A stretch of DNA of 64,000 nt from the NCBI GenBank assembly GCA_964247675.1, contig CAXTVW010000004.1, forward strand, positions 8,854 through 72,853. The letters run 5' to 3'. The notes beneath the pieces were generated by a model. It ran no database searches. It saw nothing but the letters and a program-made list of their open reading frames with translations, and was not told where the DNA came from. Position numbers and translations under genes: made by a program. Shown here in pieces: positions 1 through 8,903 of the stretch. Origin of the DNA: an uncultured Acetobacteraceae bacterium (GTDB taxonomy: Bacteria > Pseudomonadota > Alphaproteobacteria > Acetobacterales > Acetobacteraceae). Each line of letters begins with the position of its first letter. Position 1 is the stretch's first letter.

Positions 1-5
1 GACAT

Positions 6-85
6 ACAATTAAATCAGTTTCTCAACAATTAAATTGGTTTCTGCACAATGAAATTGGTTTCCAGACGATTAAGTTGGTTCGTCC
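6..85. repeat. Four head-to-tail 20-bp direct repeats (consensus ACAATTAAATTGGTTTCNNN)
   Basis: Units are ACAATTAAATCAGTTTCTCA / ACAATTAAATTGGTTTCTGC / ACAATGAAATTGGTTTCCAG / ACGATTAAGTTGGTTCGTCC. There are no spacers. The array touches the window edge and may continue upstream. Confidence 0.85.
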
Positions 86-174
86 GACTTCTACGTCCGG
101 CGGTTCTCCCCAGCATCAGCCCCCGACTCCAGGCGGTAGCGTCTCCGGTGTCGTGATGCTCGGACAGACGGGCG

Positions 175-549
175 TTATCTGCGAGACGCGCGAGAGGAAC
201 GGCTTGAGGTATCCAGGTTTTCCTTGAGCTCCTCCGATGCGTCGAGCAGTCCCTTGAGCGTGAAGGCGGAGTGGTTCCAGAAAGGAAAACCTGTGATTGG
301 CGCCAGAAACACCCGAAGGTCGTAGTTTTTGGGCGCGATTATCTGATACTTGGCGAGGACTTGTTCCTTGGTGGGCGCCAGAAGGCAGTCCAGCCGCCGC
401 AGGACGGTGAACGGCAGGATGACCCGACGATACTCAGGTTCGCGGAAAGCGCCCCGCAGCAGCTCAGCCGTCCGCCAGATGAGGTCCGCCAAATCCGTCT
501 TGGTCTGGGCCGGTGCGGCTAAACCAGGTTGAGGTATTTTATCGTTCAT
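175..549 (-). pseudogene. hsdM: Type I restriction-modification methyltransferase HsdM, N-terminal fragment only (about 124 aa)
   Basis: MNDKIPQ...DLADLIWRTAELLRGAFREPEYRRVILPFTVLRRLDCLL is the typical HsdM N-terminal domain. Homology ends near 190. A full HsdM is about four times longer, and no SAM-binding or catalytic motifs follow. Confidence 0.7.
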
Positions 550-892
550 GTTTCCTCGGAGGCAAACTTGCGGTGCAGGATTGCGGACCGGACCGCGCCG
601 ACGCCGGAGCCGGTCCTCGACTTTTGGCGACGGTAGCGTCTGCGTAGACGGCAAAAAGGGGCGGCGGTCATCGGGTCAGCTGCCTAGGTTGAGGTCTGAG
701 CAAGCCTTGGGCGCGGGTTCGACGTCCTGCGGTATCGTTGCTCAACAGTGTGGTCACCACCTTGGCGGCTGGCCTAGCTTCTTTTTCGCTGGCGAGTTGA
801 GAGGGGAAGTCAGCCGTGAAGGTCATCTCCCCGAACCCGATTCCGCGCAGCAGGCAACAATCAGCCTGCACGCGGCTGTACGCTGAACCCTG

Positions 893-2392
893 TCAACCAC
901 CCTTCGGCGAAGCCTTGAGGGTGGTTGATGGGACGCTCTTCGGCGGCATCGGAGATGGCAAGGGCGACACGGCGGCCGCAGGTGGTTTCAACATGGGCTT
1001 CGCTGCAAGAGCCGGATTGATCATTGGCTGGCTTCCGTTGCCCGTCGTGCCTGCACCCGGCTGGCTCTGTGGCTGTCCGCCCCATTCGGATAGTGCGAGA
1101 CCAATCAGCGATACACACAGGAGCACCGCGACGGCGCCTCCTGCCCACGCAGCTTTGTAGAAGCCTCGTTCAGCGCTCGCGACCGGCTTTTCCACCATTT
1201 CGGCATATTCAGCTGGCTCCAGGAACGAATACAGGCGCGCCCGCCACTGGGACCGTATCTCCCGCTGTATCTTCACGAAGCTCCAGCCGCCCCAGATGAC
1301 GGAGCCCACGTAGAAGAGGAGCACGACAGCCAGGCAGGCCACGGCGGCCGGTGGTAGGTCCGCCTTCAGGCGCGCCAGGACGATCCCGATGCCCGCGAAG
1401 AGTGTCGTGGTGACCAACCCGGCGAGCGAACGCGTGCTGTCTGCTAATTTACCCGTCTCGTCGGTCACGGCCTTCCGCAAGTCGGCGAGCGCCTTGAGGG
1501 TGTCGCGGTTGACCCCGGACAATACCAATCCGTAAGCAATCTTTGCGCTGGCCAAGGCAGATGCCGAAAGCCTCCCGAAAACCGATGCCGCCTCGCGATC
1601 CGCAACGGCGGCCCGCGCCACTTCCGCCGTGAACAGCCCATGACGCGTATCCAGATCACGGTCGGTCTCGTATACCCAGGCCGCCGCTTGCTGCAGGCCG
1701 TTGAACGCGTTGACGTCGTCCAGCTCCGGCATTGCACCCACGCTCATCGTAAGCGTAACGCTTGGCGGCCCTCTCAGGATAAGACGGTCGGGAGTTACCT
1801 CGTTTGCGAGACACCGCAACAGCTGAGGGGCGGCGATCGCTGCCCAGACTTTGAACGCCGGGTCGGAGGAGGGCTGCGCATCGGGTAAAGCCAGCAACCA
1901 CGGATTGATGTCCACCGGCGTGAGCCGCCTGTCACCCGTCTCCCTGACCACCTTCCTAGGAATTCCCGTAACCGGCTTCGCCTGGAAGGGCTCAAGGTCG
2001 TCAAGAGGACATATCCTGAGCGAACGGGTGTCAAACCGGACTGAGCAGCGGGCGACGCGCAGAACCGCGATCCCCGTATCCTGTCGAAGCCGAGCGCCGA
2101 GGCCGGTCAGGGTAACTAGCCGGTCCGGGCCGGAAACGCTGTCCGGTTTCGCCAGGGTCATCCTGAACGGACTGAACTCCTCGACTACGTTAGAGGTCTC
2201 GACCGCCATGCCGGTGCCGTCTTCGATCTCGAACGACCAGCCTGGCTCCCGGCAAAGTTCAGCCGCACGCGCAACATCTGGTGCGGAAACCCTGTTCAGG
2301 ACGATCTCGGTCCCAGTCTCAGTCAGGGTAACGTGACCTGACGCAACCAGGGCGTCGAGTCCCTCAGCCAGCCTTGATAGCGGCGATTGCAT
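893..2392 (-). CDS. Hypothetical 499-aa protein: about 330-aa soluble N-terminal region, three predicted TM helices, Pro/Ser-rich tail
   Basis: Long ORF. Hydrophobic stretches LAGLVTTTLFAGIGIVLARL, AAVACLAVVLLFYVGSVIWGGW and AAWAGGAVAVLLCVSLIGLAL. Its start overlaps the upstream gene by 29 nt. I recognised no domain in the N-terminal part. Confidence 0.75.
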   Translation of the reverse strand: MQSPLSRLAEGLDALVASGHVTLTETGTEIVLNRVSAPDVARAAELCREPGWSFEIEDGTGMAVETSNVVEEFSPFRMTLAKPDSVSGPDRLVTLTGLGARLRQDTGIAVLRVARCSVRFDTRSLRICPLDDLEPFQAKPVTGIPRKVVRETGDRRLTPVDINPWLLALPDAQPSSDPAFKVWAAIAAPQLLRCLANEVTPDRLILRGPPSVTLTMSVGAMPELDDVNAFNGLQQAAAWVYETDRDLDTRHGLFTAEVARAAVADREAASVFGRLSASALASAKIAYGLVLSGVNRDTLKALADLRKAVTDETGKLADSTRSLAGLVTTTLFAGIGIVLARLKADLPPAAVACLAVVLLFYVGSVIWGGWSFVKIQREIRSQWRARLYSFLEPAEYAEMVEKPVASAERGFYKAAWAGGAVAVLLCVSLIGLALSEWGGQPQSQPGAGTTGNGSQPMINPALAAKPMLKPPAAAVSPLPSPMPPKSVPSTTLKASPKGG

Positions 2393-3410
2393 TTGTCTTC
2401 AGGTCCTCGTCGGTGGTCACAACGATCCGCCAACCGTCACCCAGCCTCTCGATCGTCACTGCCCGGTTTTCCTCGCTTCCAGGATAGGAGACCTGGACGC
2501 CTTCGACCGTCTCCAGCCGTCGCCGCGGCTTCTTGGCAAGGATGTCTGGGGAGGGCGTGAATGCTACCCCAGCCAGGGCTTCCTGTCCAAGTTGGCGAGT
2601 GGTCTCCCGATCCAGCCTTGCTGCTTCGGTCTCATCCATCGGGCTCCCGCTTCCGACGAACAATGCTTCCCTGATTGCTTCCTCGGTGATCATCGCCCTG
2701 TTCCTGAGAGCGGCAGTAGCCGTCTCAAAACCAGCCAGGACGTCCTCCTTGGGGAGGATTGCTCGGAGGGTGTTTCGTACGACTTCGAGCAGATTGCGGT
2801 TCAGCTCTTCATCGGACCGGGTCCTCCTGACGTTGAGGAACCGGGCGAAGTAGTCCGTGATGTCCGAGCCGTGACCCATGCGGTCCACCGCGGAGACGGT
2901 GTCCTGCGCAACGCCGCCGACCACCCGCACCAGGCAAGACTTCTGGATGGCGCGGCTCTCGGTCACGAAGGCACGCGCGATATTCCGGAGTGTCGGCTCC
3001 ATGCCCTGTAGCTCGGTATGCTCAAGAGCCGTGCGGTAATCATACTTCATCAAGGCGTAGATAATCGTATCCGGGACCTGTGTTCCGAGTTCTATTACGA
3101 AAAAGGCTCCGCTCACGCTCGATCCGCCGTGCAGCCCCGAGAATGTACGCGCCAGTGCCTGTGCGCCTTCGACGAAAAAATCCGCATCGCTGGCCATCCT
3201 CTCGATGATGCCTTTGGTGGCGGACCCGGGGCTAAAGTCATGCACCGCGGCGGACGCCATGTCCCGTATTCGAGCCTCGAAAAACGGTCCACTGCTCAAA
3301 TCTGTTATTTCGGGTTCTATTTCGAACGGCCGCTCATCATCACCGACCACATGCAGGATGAGCCGCCGGACAGACAGCGTTCCGGCCTCACCATCGGAAA
3401 GAAAGCTCAC
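2364..3410 (-). CDS. Nucleoid-associated-protein-like (NdpA/YejK, NA37-type) protein, 348 aa
   Basis: The pattern RRLILHVVG ... SGAFFVIELG..IIYALMKYDY ... QKSCLVRV ... ITDYFARFLNVRR matches the layout of the NA37 family. The assignment is by eye only. Confidence 0.65.
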   Translation of the reverse strand: MSFLSDGEAGTLSVRRLILHVVGDDERPFEIEPEITDLSSGPFFEARIRDMASAAVHDFSPGSATKGIIERMASDADFFVEGAQALARTFSGLHGGSSVSGAFFVIELGTQVPDTIIYALMKYDYRTALEHTELQGMEPTLRNIARAFVTESRAIQKSCLVRVVGGVAQDTVSAVDRMGHGSDITDYFARFLNVRRTRSDEELNRNLLEVVRNTLRAILPKEDVLAGFETATAALRNRAMITEEAIREALFVGSGSPMDETEAARLDRETTRQLGQEALAGVAFTPSPDILAKKPRRRLETVEGVQVSYPGSEENRAVTIERLGDGWRIVVTTDEDLKTNAIAAIKAG

Positions 3411-3663
3411 CCTGATCAGCTCCGCGTGCCTGCCTGCCGCGACTGGCGGCCGCCTTTTCGATATGATGGCGGGACGTCAGAAAGGTTGGCAAGGGCGGTC
3501 TTGCCTACGACGCGTCGTTTCTACCAAGCGTTCGACCCGTCACGCCTGCCGGTGAGCTGTGTTCCGCACGTGGACAGGTCCCACCCGCAACGGAGAACCG
3601 GAGGCGTTGAATGAGCACCCACACGGCGGATACGGCGGCACCGGCCTTCATGAATGCCAGCAG

Positions 3664-4038
3664 TCATTCCCTCTTCTTGTTGCGCCGCATTCGGGGCCTC
3701 GCACGAGGCCGCAGCGACCTGGAAGCCGCGTCGAACATGGCCGCTGCGGCGTGGAGCGAGGCCGAGTCCATTGTTTCCGCCGCCAGTGCGATGCGCGTGC
3801 GCAGGACCTGCCCCTCATCCCCGGCCTCGGGTTCCGCCATCCCCAGGACCTCGTCCGCCGTCAGCCCCAGAGTTCTCGCGATCCTGACCAGCGTGCCGAG
3901 GTCCGGCTCCACGACTTCGTTGACGTAGTTGCTGTAGCGGCCCTGGCTCAACCCGAGCCTGCGGGCGACTTCGGTGTCGGTCAGGCCCAGCGTCCTGGCG
4001 CGTAGTCGTAGGCGTTCTCCGAGTCCTTGCATGCCCAC
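3664..4038 (-). CDS. XRE-family helix-turn-helix transcriptional regulator
   Basis: LGERLRLRARTLGLTDTEVARRLGLSQGRYSNYVNEVVEPDLGTLVRIARTLGLTADEVL is a classic HTH_XRE (Cro/C1) motif. Confidence 0.85.
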   Translation of the reverse strand: MGMQGLGERLRLRARTLGLTDTEVARRLGLSQGRYSNYVNEVVEPDLGTLVRIARTLGLTADEVLGMAEPEAGDEGQVLRTRIALAAETMDSASLHAAAAMFDAASRSLRPRARPRMRRNKKRE

Positions 4039-4066
4039 GGTTTCCCGCAGCAGCCAGCAAAGCCGC

Positions 4067-4084
4067 CAACCAAGTTATTGGTTG
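4067..4084. promoter_or_regulatory. Perfect palindrome CAACCAA-GTTA-TTGGTTG in the divergent promoter region (candidate XRE operator)
   Basis: 7-bp inverted arms with a 4-nt spacer. It lies between the XRE start (4038, minus) and the 4136 (+) gene start. Confidence 0.45.
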
Positions 4085-4135
4085 CAATCCCACCTAGTTT
4101 CTTTATTCCACTCCCCGTGTGAAAAGGGGCCGGGC

Positions 4136-4843
4136 ATGGAGCCGTTCAACTACCGGGGAAAGAAGTTCGAAGCCTGGAGCCAGAGCGGCACCGTGCTCTC
4201 GACCAGCAAGCACTCCCGGACGACAATCAGCGGTCACGGTGGCGGTGGATTTGTGGGTCCAAACGGCACTACTGTATCCGCGCCGACGCTCGTGTCCTCG
4301 ACTACGACGGAGCAGGAAATCTGGATCCGCCGGGCAAACGGTGAGGAAACCGCCATCCAGCTTTCAGGGGTGGACATCCCGGTCCGCGAGGGGCAGCACG
4401 TCACGTTCATCGCAGCCAAGCGGCTAGGCGCGAAAGACGGGTTCTGGGTCACTCTGGTGAACCACTCCGCCAACCGTCATTGGCGGCTGTCGAGCAACGC
4501 CGAAATCAGCATGAGAGGGCGCCTGGGAGCCTATCCGCTGCTGGGGCTGCTGGATTTCGCGGTCGCGGCCGCCCTCTGCTTCCTGATGATTGCCGTGCCG
4601 TTCTTCATTTGGAGCACGAAGACGACCGCTGCGCCTACACCGGAGGACATCGCCCCGTTTGGCTCGCCGGGACTGTTCTTCCTCCCCCTCTGCTACATTC
4701 CGCTGAAGGTGATGCTGCGTACGAAGCGGAAGGACCGCATCTTCGCTGCCCTCGACAAGTGGGCTGAACGGAACGCCCAGGAGGCCTACGACACCGATAA
4801 GGCGGAGCCCCGGCCCGCCGCCTCGACGGAGAAGGTGGCGTGA
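4136..4843 (+). CDS. Hypothetical membrane protein (235 aa from ATG 4136)
   Basis: ATG at 4136. Soluble N-terminal part followed by hydrophobic segments (LLGLLDFAVAAALCFLMIAVPFFIW, LFFLPLCYIPLKVML). Divergent from the XRE gene. Confidence 0.65.
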   Translation: MEPFNYRGKKFEAWSQSGTVLSTSKHSRTTISGHGGGGFVGPNGTTVSAPTLVSSTTTEQEIWIRRANGEETAIQLSGVDIPVREGQHVTFIAAKRLGAKDGFWVTLVNHSANRHWRLSSNAEISMRGRLGAYPLLGLLDFAVAAALCFLMIAVPFFIWSTKTTAAPTPEDIAPFGSPGLFFLPLCYIPLKVMLRTKRKDRIFAALDKWAERNAQEAYDTDKAEPRPAASTEKVA

Positions 4844-5205
4844 GATACCTCGTGGCCATCGTGGCTGTCCTTGGCTCCACGGCAATCCTGTTCGGCATGG
4901 CATCCGCGCAGGGAATGGACGTCACGTGCGTCGGTCCGCATGTGGACCGCGTCATCCCGGGCGACTGGAAGCACGGCGTCAAGGACACGGTGATCGGTGC
5001 CACCCCTGAACTGCTCTCCAGTCCCGGCGGCCATCCTTCCGGCAGGAAGCTCCCCGCCGGGGGCGCATACATCGCCGACCGGCACGTCCGTGGCTTCTAC
5101 AGGTTGGTCGGGACCCATTTCTCTCCGCCCGCCCAATATGGTGCGGCCGTCGGGTGGGTCCGCGAAGGCGACATGACCGGGCTCGCGCTCAGGAACTGCA
5201 ACTAG
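4840..5205 (+). CDS. Small secreted hypothetical protein
   Basis: The GTG start overlaps the upstream stop (GTGA). N-terminal signal-peptide-like MRYLVAIVAVLGSTAILFGMASAQG. Confidence 0.55.
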   Translation: MRYLVAIVAVLGSTAILFGMASAQGMDVTCVGPHVDRVIPGDWKHGVKDTVIGATPELLSSPGGHPSGRKLPAGGAYIADRHVRGFYRLVGTHFSPPAQYGAAVGWVREGDMTGLALRNCN

Positions 5206-5240
5206 CGTTCTTGAAGCTCGTTTTGGATTGATCATGTAGC

Positions 5241-5936
5241 CTATCTTGTTGCGGTTGCATCCGTTTTTTTCCAAGTATGTTTGTAGCCGTTAACCTTCAT
5301 TACATAGGCAGTTATGGGCGTGTCCTGAATCTTCCTAAGAATTCGATTACGACGAGTAAGACTTATGCGCGAGCCAAAATATATCTTCCTCACAGGCTGT
5401 AAACGGCTGACGTAGACTTTTCCGACCGGCCCTAAAAGACGCCACTCGCGCTCGTAGGCCCAATTTGCTTTCTTTTGCGACAAGATACGAATGGCTGCAA
5501 TTTTGGCATCATTGATGTGGTTTGTGGAAATGAAGGGGGGCCTCTCTGTATAGGAAAGTCTTACTAGTTTTACTTCACCCGGGAGCCCAGCAAGCAAATC
5601 TTTGGTTGAGTAAGAAACGCAAATACCGTTGTAATTGTTCGCGTAATGGGTCCACATTAAGGGGTTGTCGTTGGTTTCTGTAAAAGACGCGATGCCCACG
5701 GTAGATTTGCTATCCGTAATCTGGCGAACAATTTCTTTGTAGTCTGTTTTTCCTGCTAGCATCTCGCTTGGGCGGTAAAACCCTTCCATTGGGTCGTTCA
5801 AGCAGTCAAATGTTGAACAATGAAGGTATCCTTCCAGTATCGAGTCAATCTCTTGGTTTACAGCGTCGTCATTGCGGTCCAGAGATCGATAGCGATATAG
5901 ACGTCCTGGTATCACTGGTGGCAGTACTTCGGCCAA
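5241..5936 (-). CDS. DUF2971-family protein
   Basis: RLYRYRSL ... LEGYLHCSTFDCLNDPMEGF ... LMWTHYANNYNGICV is the DUF2971 signature. GC is clearly lower than in the flanks. Confidence 0.8.
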   Translation of the reverse strand: MAEVLPPVIPGRLYRYRSLDRNDDAVNQEIDSILEGYLHCSTFDCLNDPMEGFYRPSEMLAGKTDYKEIVRQITDSKSTVGIASFTETNDNPLMWTHYANNYNGICVSYSTKDLLAGLPGEVKLVRLSYTERPPFISTNHINDAKIAAIRILSQKKANWAYEREWRLLGPVGKVYVSRLQPVRKIYFGSRISLTRRNRILRKIQDTPITAYVMKVNGYKHTWKKTDATATR

Positions 5937-6058
5937 ATCTTACTCTCCTTCCCGGGTTGAAGTTGTGTCTTATCATGGGAGCGCTCTGTGCATTTCCGGC
6001 GTGCGCGAGTAGCTCTCAGAACAGCAGCGACGTCCGGATCGGAGGCGGATCCTCCTTC

Positions 6059-6697
6059 TCACCGCGCGCCACTATCTGCAGTGCGCCACTTTGGTAGTGG
6101 CCTCTGCAATTGGCGGGCCTCGGGCCATGATGCCGTCAGCCATGCCTCGGTCTCCCCGGCGGTTGTCAGGATGACCGGCATCGCCTTGGGGTGGACCGCC
6201 CCGACCTCCTGGTTCGGCTCGGTCGTCAGAAACGCGAACAGCTCGCAGGTCACCTCGCCCTCGGCCGCCTTGCGGGTGCAGGTCCAACTCGTCCAGATAC
6301 CGGCGAAGAACGCCAGCGGACGGCTTGGGTCCAGGGCGAACCAGACCGGCTCGGACTTTCCGTCCGGGCGACGGGCGCTTTCGCTGAACGAGGTGAACGG
6401 CACCAGGCACCGGGAGGCGGGTGTCAGCCATCGCCGCCAGTGCGCACTCTCGGTGTTGCGCACGTTGGTGACGCCGCAATCCACCTTGCGCCCGGCCAGC
6501 GCGAAGGCGGGCGACGGCATGCTCCATCGGGCGCGGGCCAGTTCGCGGACGCCATCCGCTCCAGTGCGCACGATGGGTGCGGACTGGTCGGGGAAGATGC
6601 CCGGCAGGGGAGGCAGGTTGCCCGCGTTGTCGCGCATCGCCCGGACAAGGTCGCGTATGGCCTGCTGGTTTGTCGTCATCGAATACAGGTTGCACAT
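6059..6697 (-). CDS. SOS-response-associated peptidase (SRAP/YedK family)
   Basis: N-terminal MCNLYS with the catalytic Cys2. Family-typical length of about 210 aa, plus VRN..S..WR and AGIW motifs. Confidence 0.9.
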   Translation of the reverse strand: MCNLYSMTTNQQAIRDLVRAMRDNAGNLPPLPGIFPDQSAPIVRTGADGVRELARARWSMPSPAFALAGRKVDCGVTNVRNTESAHWRRWLTPASRCLVPFTSFSESARRPDGKSEPVWFALDPSRPLAFFAGIWTSWTCTRKAAEGEVTCELFAFLTTEPNQEVGAVHPKAMPVILTTAGETEAWLTASWPEARQLQRPLPKWRTADSGAR

Positions 6698-6982
6698 GTC
6701 GGCGGGAGGGTAGCGGCCGGGCGCGGCGGGCGGAAGCCGCCATCAGCCTCGGCGTCGGCACCAGTGTTAGATCTCGATTCCGTTCACCTTTGAGAGGCTC
6801 CGCTTCCGGCCAACCGACAACAGGCAGGTCGGGGCGATGTCCACGCGCGAAAGGCGAGGGTCGCACCCTGCCCTAGACCCAATAGCCTATGGTCATCGCG
6901 CGAGCCGGGCATTTCATCGCATCGCATCGAGGAGCCCTAACCTCGTCTTGCACAACCTGCTTATCGTCGGCATCACTCCACG

Positions 6983-7906
6983 ATGCCGAAACCTTCGAAC
7001 CAGATACGCAGACAACCGGGCCGCCCACTCGTCAATCCGCATGCGGAAAAGCTCGGCGCTGCCGAAATCGAGGAGCTTGTCCGCAAGTACTACGGCATGA
7101 AGACGGTCATGTTCGACAAGGGCGTGGCCGGAGCTGTCCTGACATACAACACGGGCAACCGGCGGCTGAACAGGCGCAAGCTGCAACAACTCGTCGGCCA
7201 GATGCAACGCGGCGAGTTCATCAATACCGGTGAACCCATCATCATCTCCCGCGAGGGTGTGCTGAACGATGGCCAGCACAGGTTGCAGGCCGTCATCGAG
7301 GCGGACGTCGAAGTCGACATGGACGTCCGGTTCGGCATCTCACGCGAAGCCTTCAGGGTGACCGACACAGGCGCATCGAGGACACCCGGCGACGTCCTCA
7401 CCATCATGGGTGCGCATGCGGGTGGTCAGGTCTCTTCGACGGTGAGGCTGCTGCTCCTGTACGAGCGTGGCCTGCCCGAAAGCGTACGCGAATTCGTGTC
7501 CCATGAGGAAATCGCGACAGCCTACGAGAGGTGGGGCGACGTGGAGGACGTGGTGGCGACCGTCAACGCCCATCCGTTTCCGAAGCCGATCCGCAGCATC
7601 CCGCTTTACGCGACGGCCTTCCTCGCCTCCCGTTCGCCGGGCAAAGCGAAACTGGAGCGATGGCTGGATGGGGTCGCCACAGGGTTGGAGGTCGGCCGCG
7701 ACCATCCGGCCTACCAGCTGCGGGAGCGGATCATGCGGGGCATTTCGGCGGCGACCCGCGAGGGTCTGCTGGAGCGGTTTGCCCTGATGTTGAAGTCCTG
7801 GGACCTGTATGCCAGCGGCGATACGGTGCCGATGCGGGAGTTTAGGTGGGCGGCGACGGGCAAGAACGCGGAGGCGTTCCCGGCGGTGGCCGGAGCCAGA
7901 TTGTAG
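6983..7906 (+). CDS. ParB-like nuclease-domain protein
   Basis: NRRLNRRKLQQLVGQMQRGEFINTGEPIIISREGVLNDGQHRLQAV is the DGQHR-type ParB/Srx-like motif common in ICE and phage genes. Confidence 0.75.
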   Translation: MPKPSNQIRRQPGRPLVNPHAEKLGAAEIEELVRKYYGMKTVMFDKGVAGAVLTYNTGNRRLNRRKLQQLVGQMQRGEFINTGEPIIISREGVLNDGQHRLQAVIEADVEVDMDVRFGISREAFRVTDTGASRTPGDVLTIMGAHAGGQVSSTVRLLLLYERGLPESVREFVSHEEIATAYERWGDVEDVVATVNAHPFPKPIRSIPLYATAFLASRSPGKAKLERWLDGVATGLEVGRDHPAYQLRERIMRGISAATREGLLERFALMLKSWDLYASGDTVPMREFRWAATGKNAEAFPAVAGARL

Positions 7907-8001
7907 GAGGACCCGGAACAGTTCGTCGTGACTGTATGCCGTCGAGGTCCTGGTAGCTCACGACGGGTTCGACTAGCCGGGTCAGACCTGGTTGCGCCGT
8001 C

Positions 8002-8892
8002 CTAACCCATGGCCTTGTTCAGATCGCCGTCGAAGTCCGCCACCTTCAGCTCGCGCGCCAAAGTCAGCTTCCACGCGCCGCCTGGATCCATGTCGGTCCA
8101 TACGACCCCGGCGAAGTCACTCGGAATTTTCCAGGTCACCCCGCTTCAGGGCGCATACTCGGTCACGGCCGAGGCGTGCCAGGAAGTAGCCGAGTTCCAG
8201 GACCACATTCTGCCTTGCCCGGGGCATGAGTTCACCACCGCCCCTGGAGCGTCCTTCGTCATCGGGCGTGAGCAGCACCACCGCGAATGCGACGTCGCCG
8301 TGCTCCTCCACCTTCTCGATGACCGTCCTGCCCCGGCTGGCCTGCTCATGCAGGATGACCGCCACGAGCCCGAGTTTCTCCAGGAAGCGGGCCACCATCT
8401 CGCGTGGCGCCTCGTCGTGGCCGTGGACCACGAACACCCTGTCCGAAACTGTGGCGACGACCCTGGACTTCACCGGCCCCTGCGCGAGCACGTAATCACG
8501 ATAGTCCCGCTGAAAAGGAATGATGATCTGGCGCACGACCGCATGGAAGGTTGCGGTCAATTTGGAACCTGCATTGCAGAAGGTGAGGCCAAACTGGAAT
8601 ATCTCGTCGGGGTGACCGGCGAACCTGCGGAGAAAGAGCACAATGAGGCCAAGTTGCCTCGGTCGCTCCGGCGGCCATTTCAGGCGCGCGCTTCCTACCA
8701 TGCTTCCCTCCGTCCTGGCGCTCTCGCCCAGGAACGATGCCAGGTCCAATCCTTCAGTCAGCTTAGCGTTGGCCTGTCTCAGTTCCGCATGGTCCAGCAG
8801 GCCCGCCAGCTCCCTGAGCGGCCGCTCGACGTCTGGTAGTCGCTTGCCTGCAGGTCGAGCACGGCATTGTTGATCTGCCTCAAGATGTCCAT
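8002..8892 (-). pseudogene. TIR-like (CAP12/PycTIR-type, PF10137-like) nucleotide-binding protein, disrupted by two frameshifts
   Basis: The middle frame (8117-8749) reads VFVVHGHDEAPREMVARFLEKLGL..VVLLTPDD..RARQNVVLELGYFLARLGRDRVCAL. The expected tail IPSDFAGVVWTDMDPGGAWKLTLARELK...KAMG* continues in another frame to a stop at 8002-8004, just past an A4 run (8127-8130). ATG 8892, 11 nt after the upstream stop, lies in that same outer frame. Confidence 0.6.
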
Positions 8893-8903
8893 GGCTGCGG
8901 CTG

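Noticed and set aside
1-110. Whether the 20-bp tandem repeats form a CRISPR array or a nod-box-like element.
   Set aside because: The repeats are contiguous with no spacers and are too short for CRISPR. The ACAAT...TTGGTT arrangement does not match the nod-box consensus, which has ACCAAT in the opposite orientation and different spacing.
690-735. A tRNA-like T-arm (GGGTTCGAC), considered as a possible tRNA gene or att site.
   Set aside because: The flanking bases do not pair into a T-stem, and no acceptor or anticodon arms can be drawn. A similar motif near 7960 also fails.
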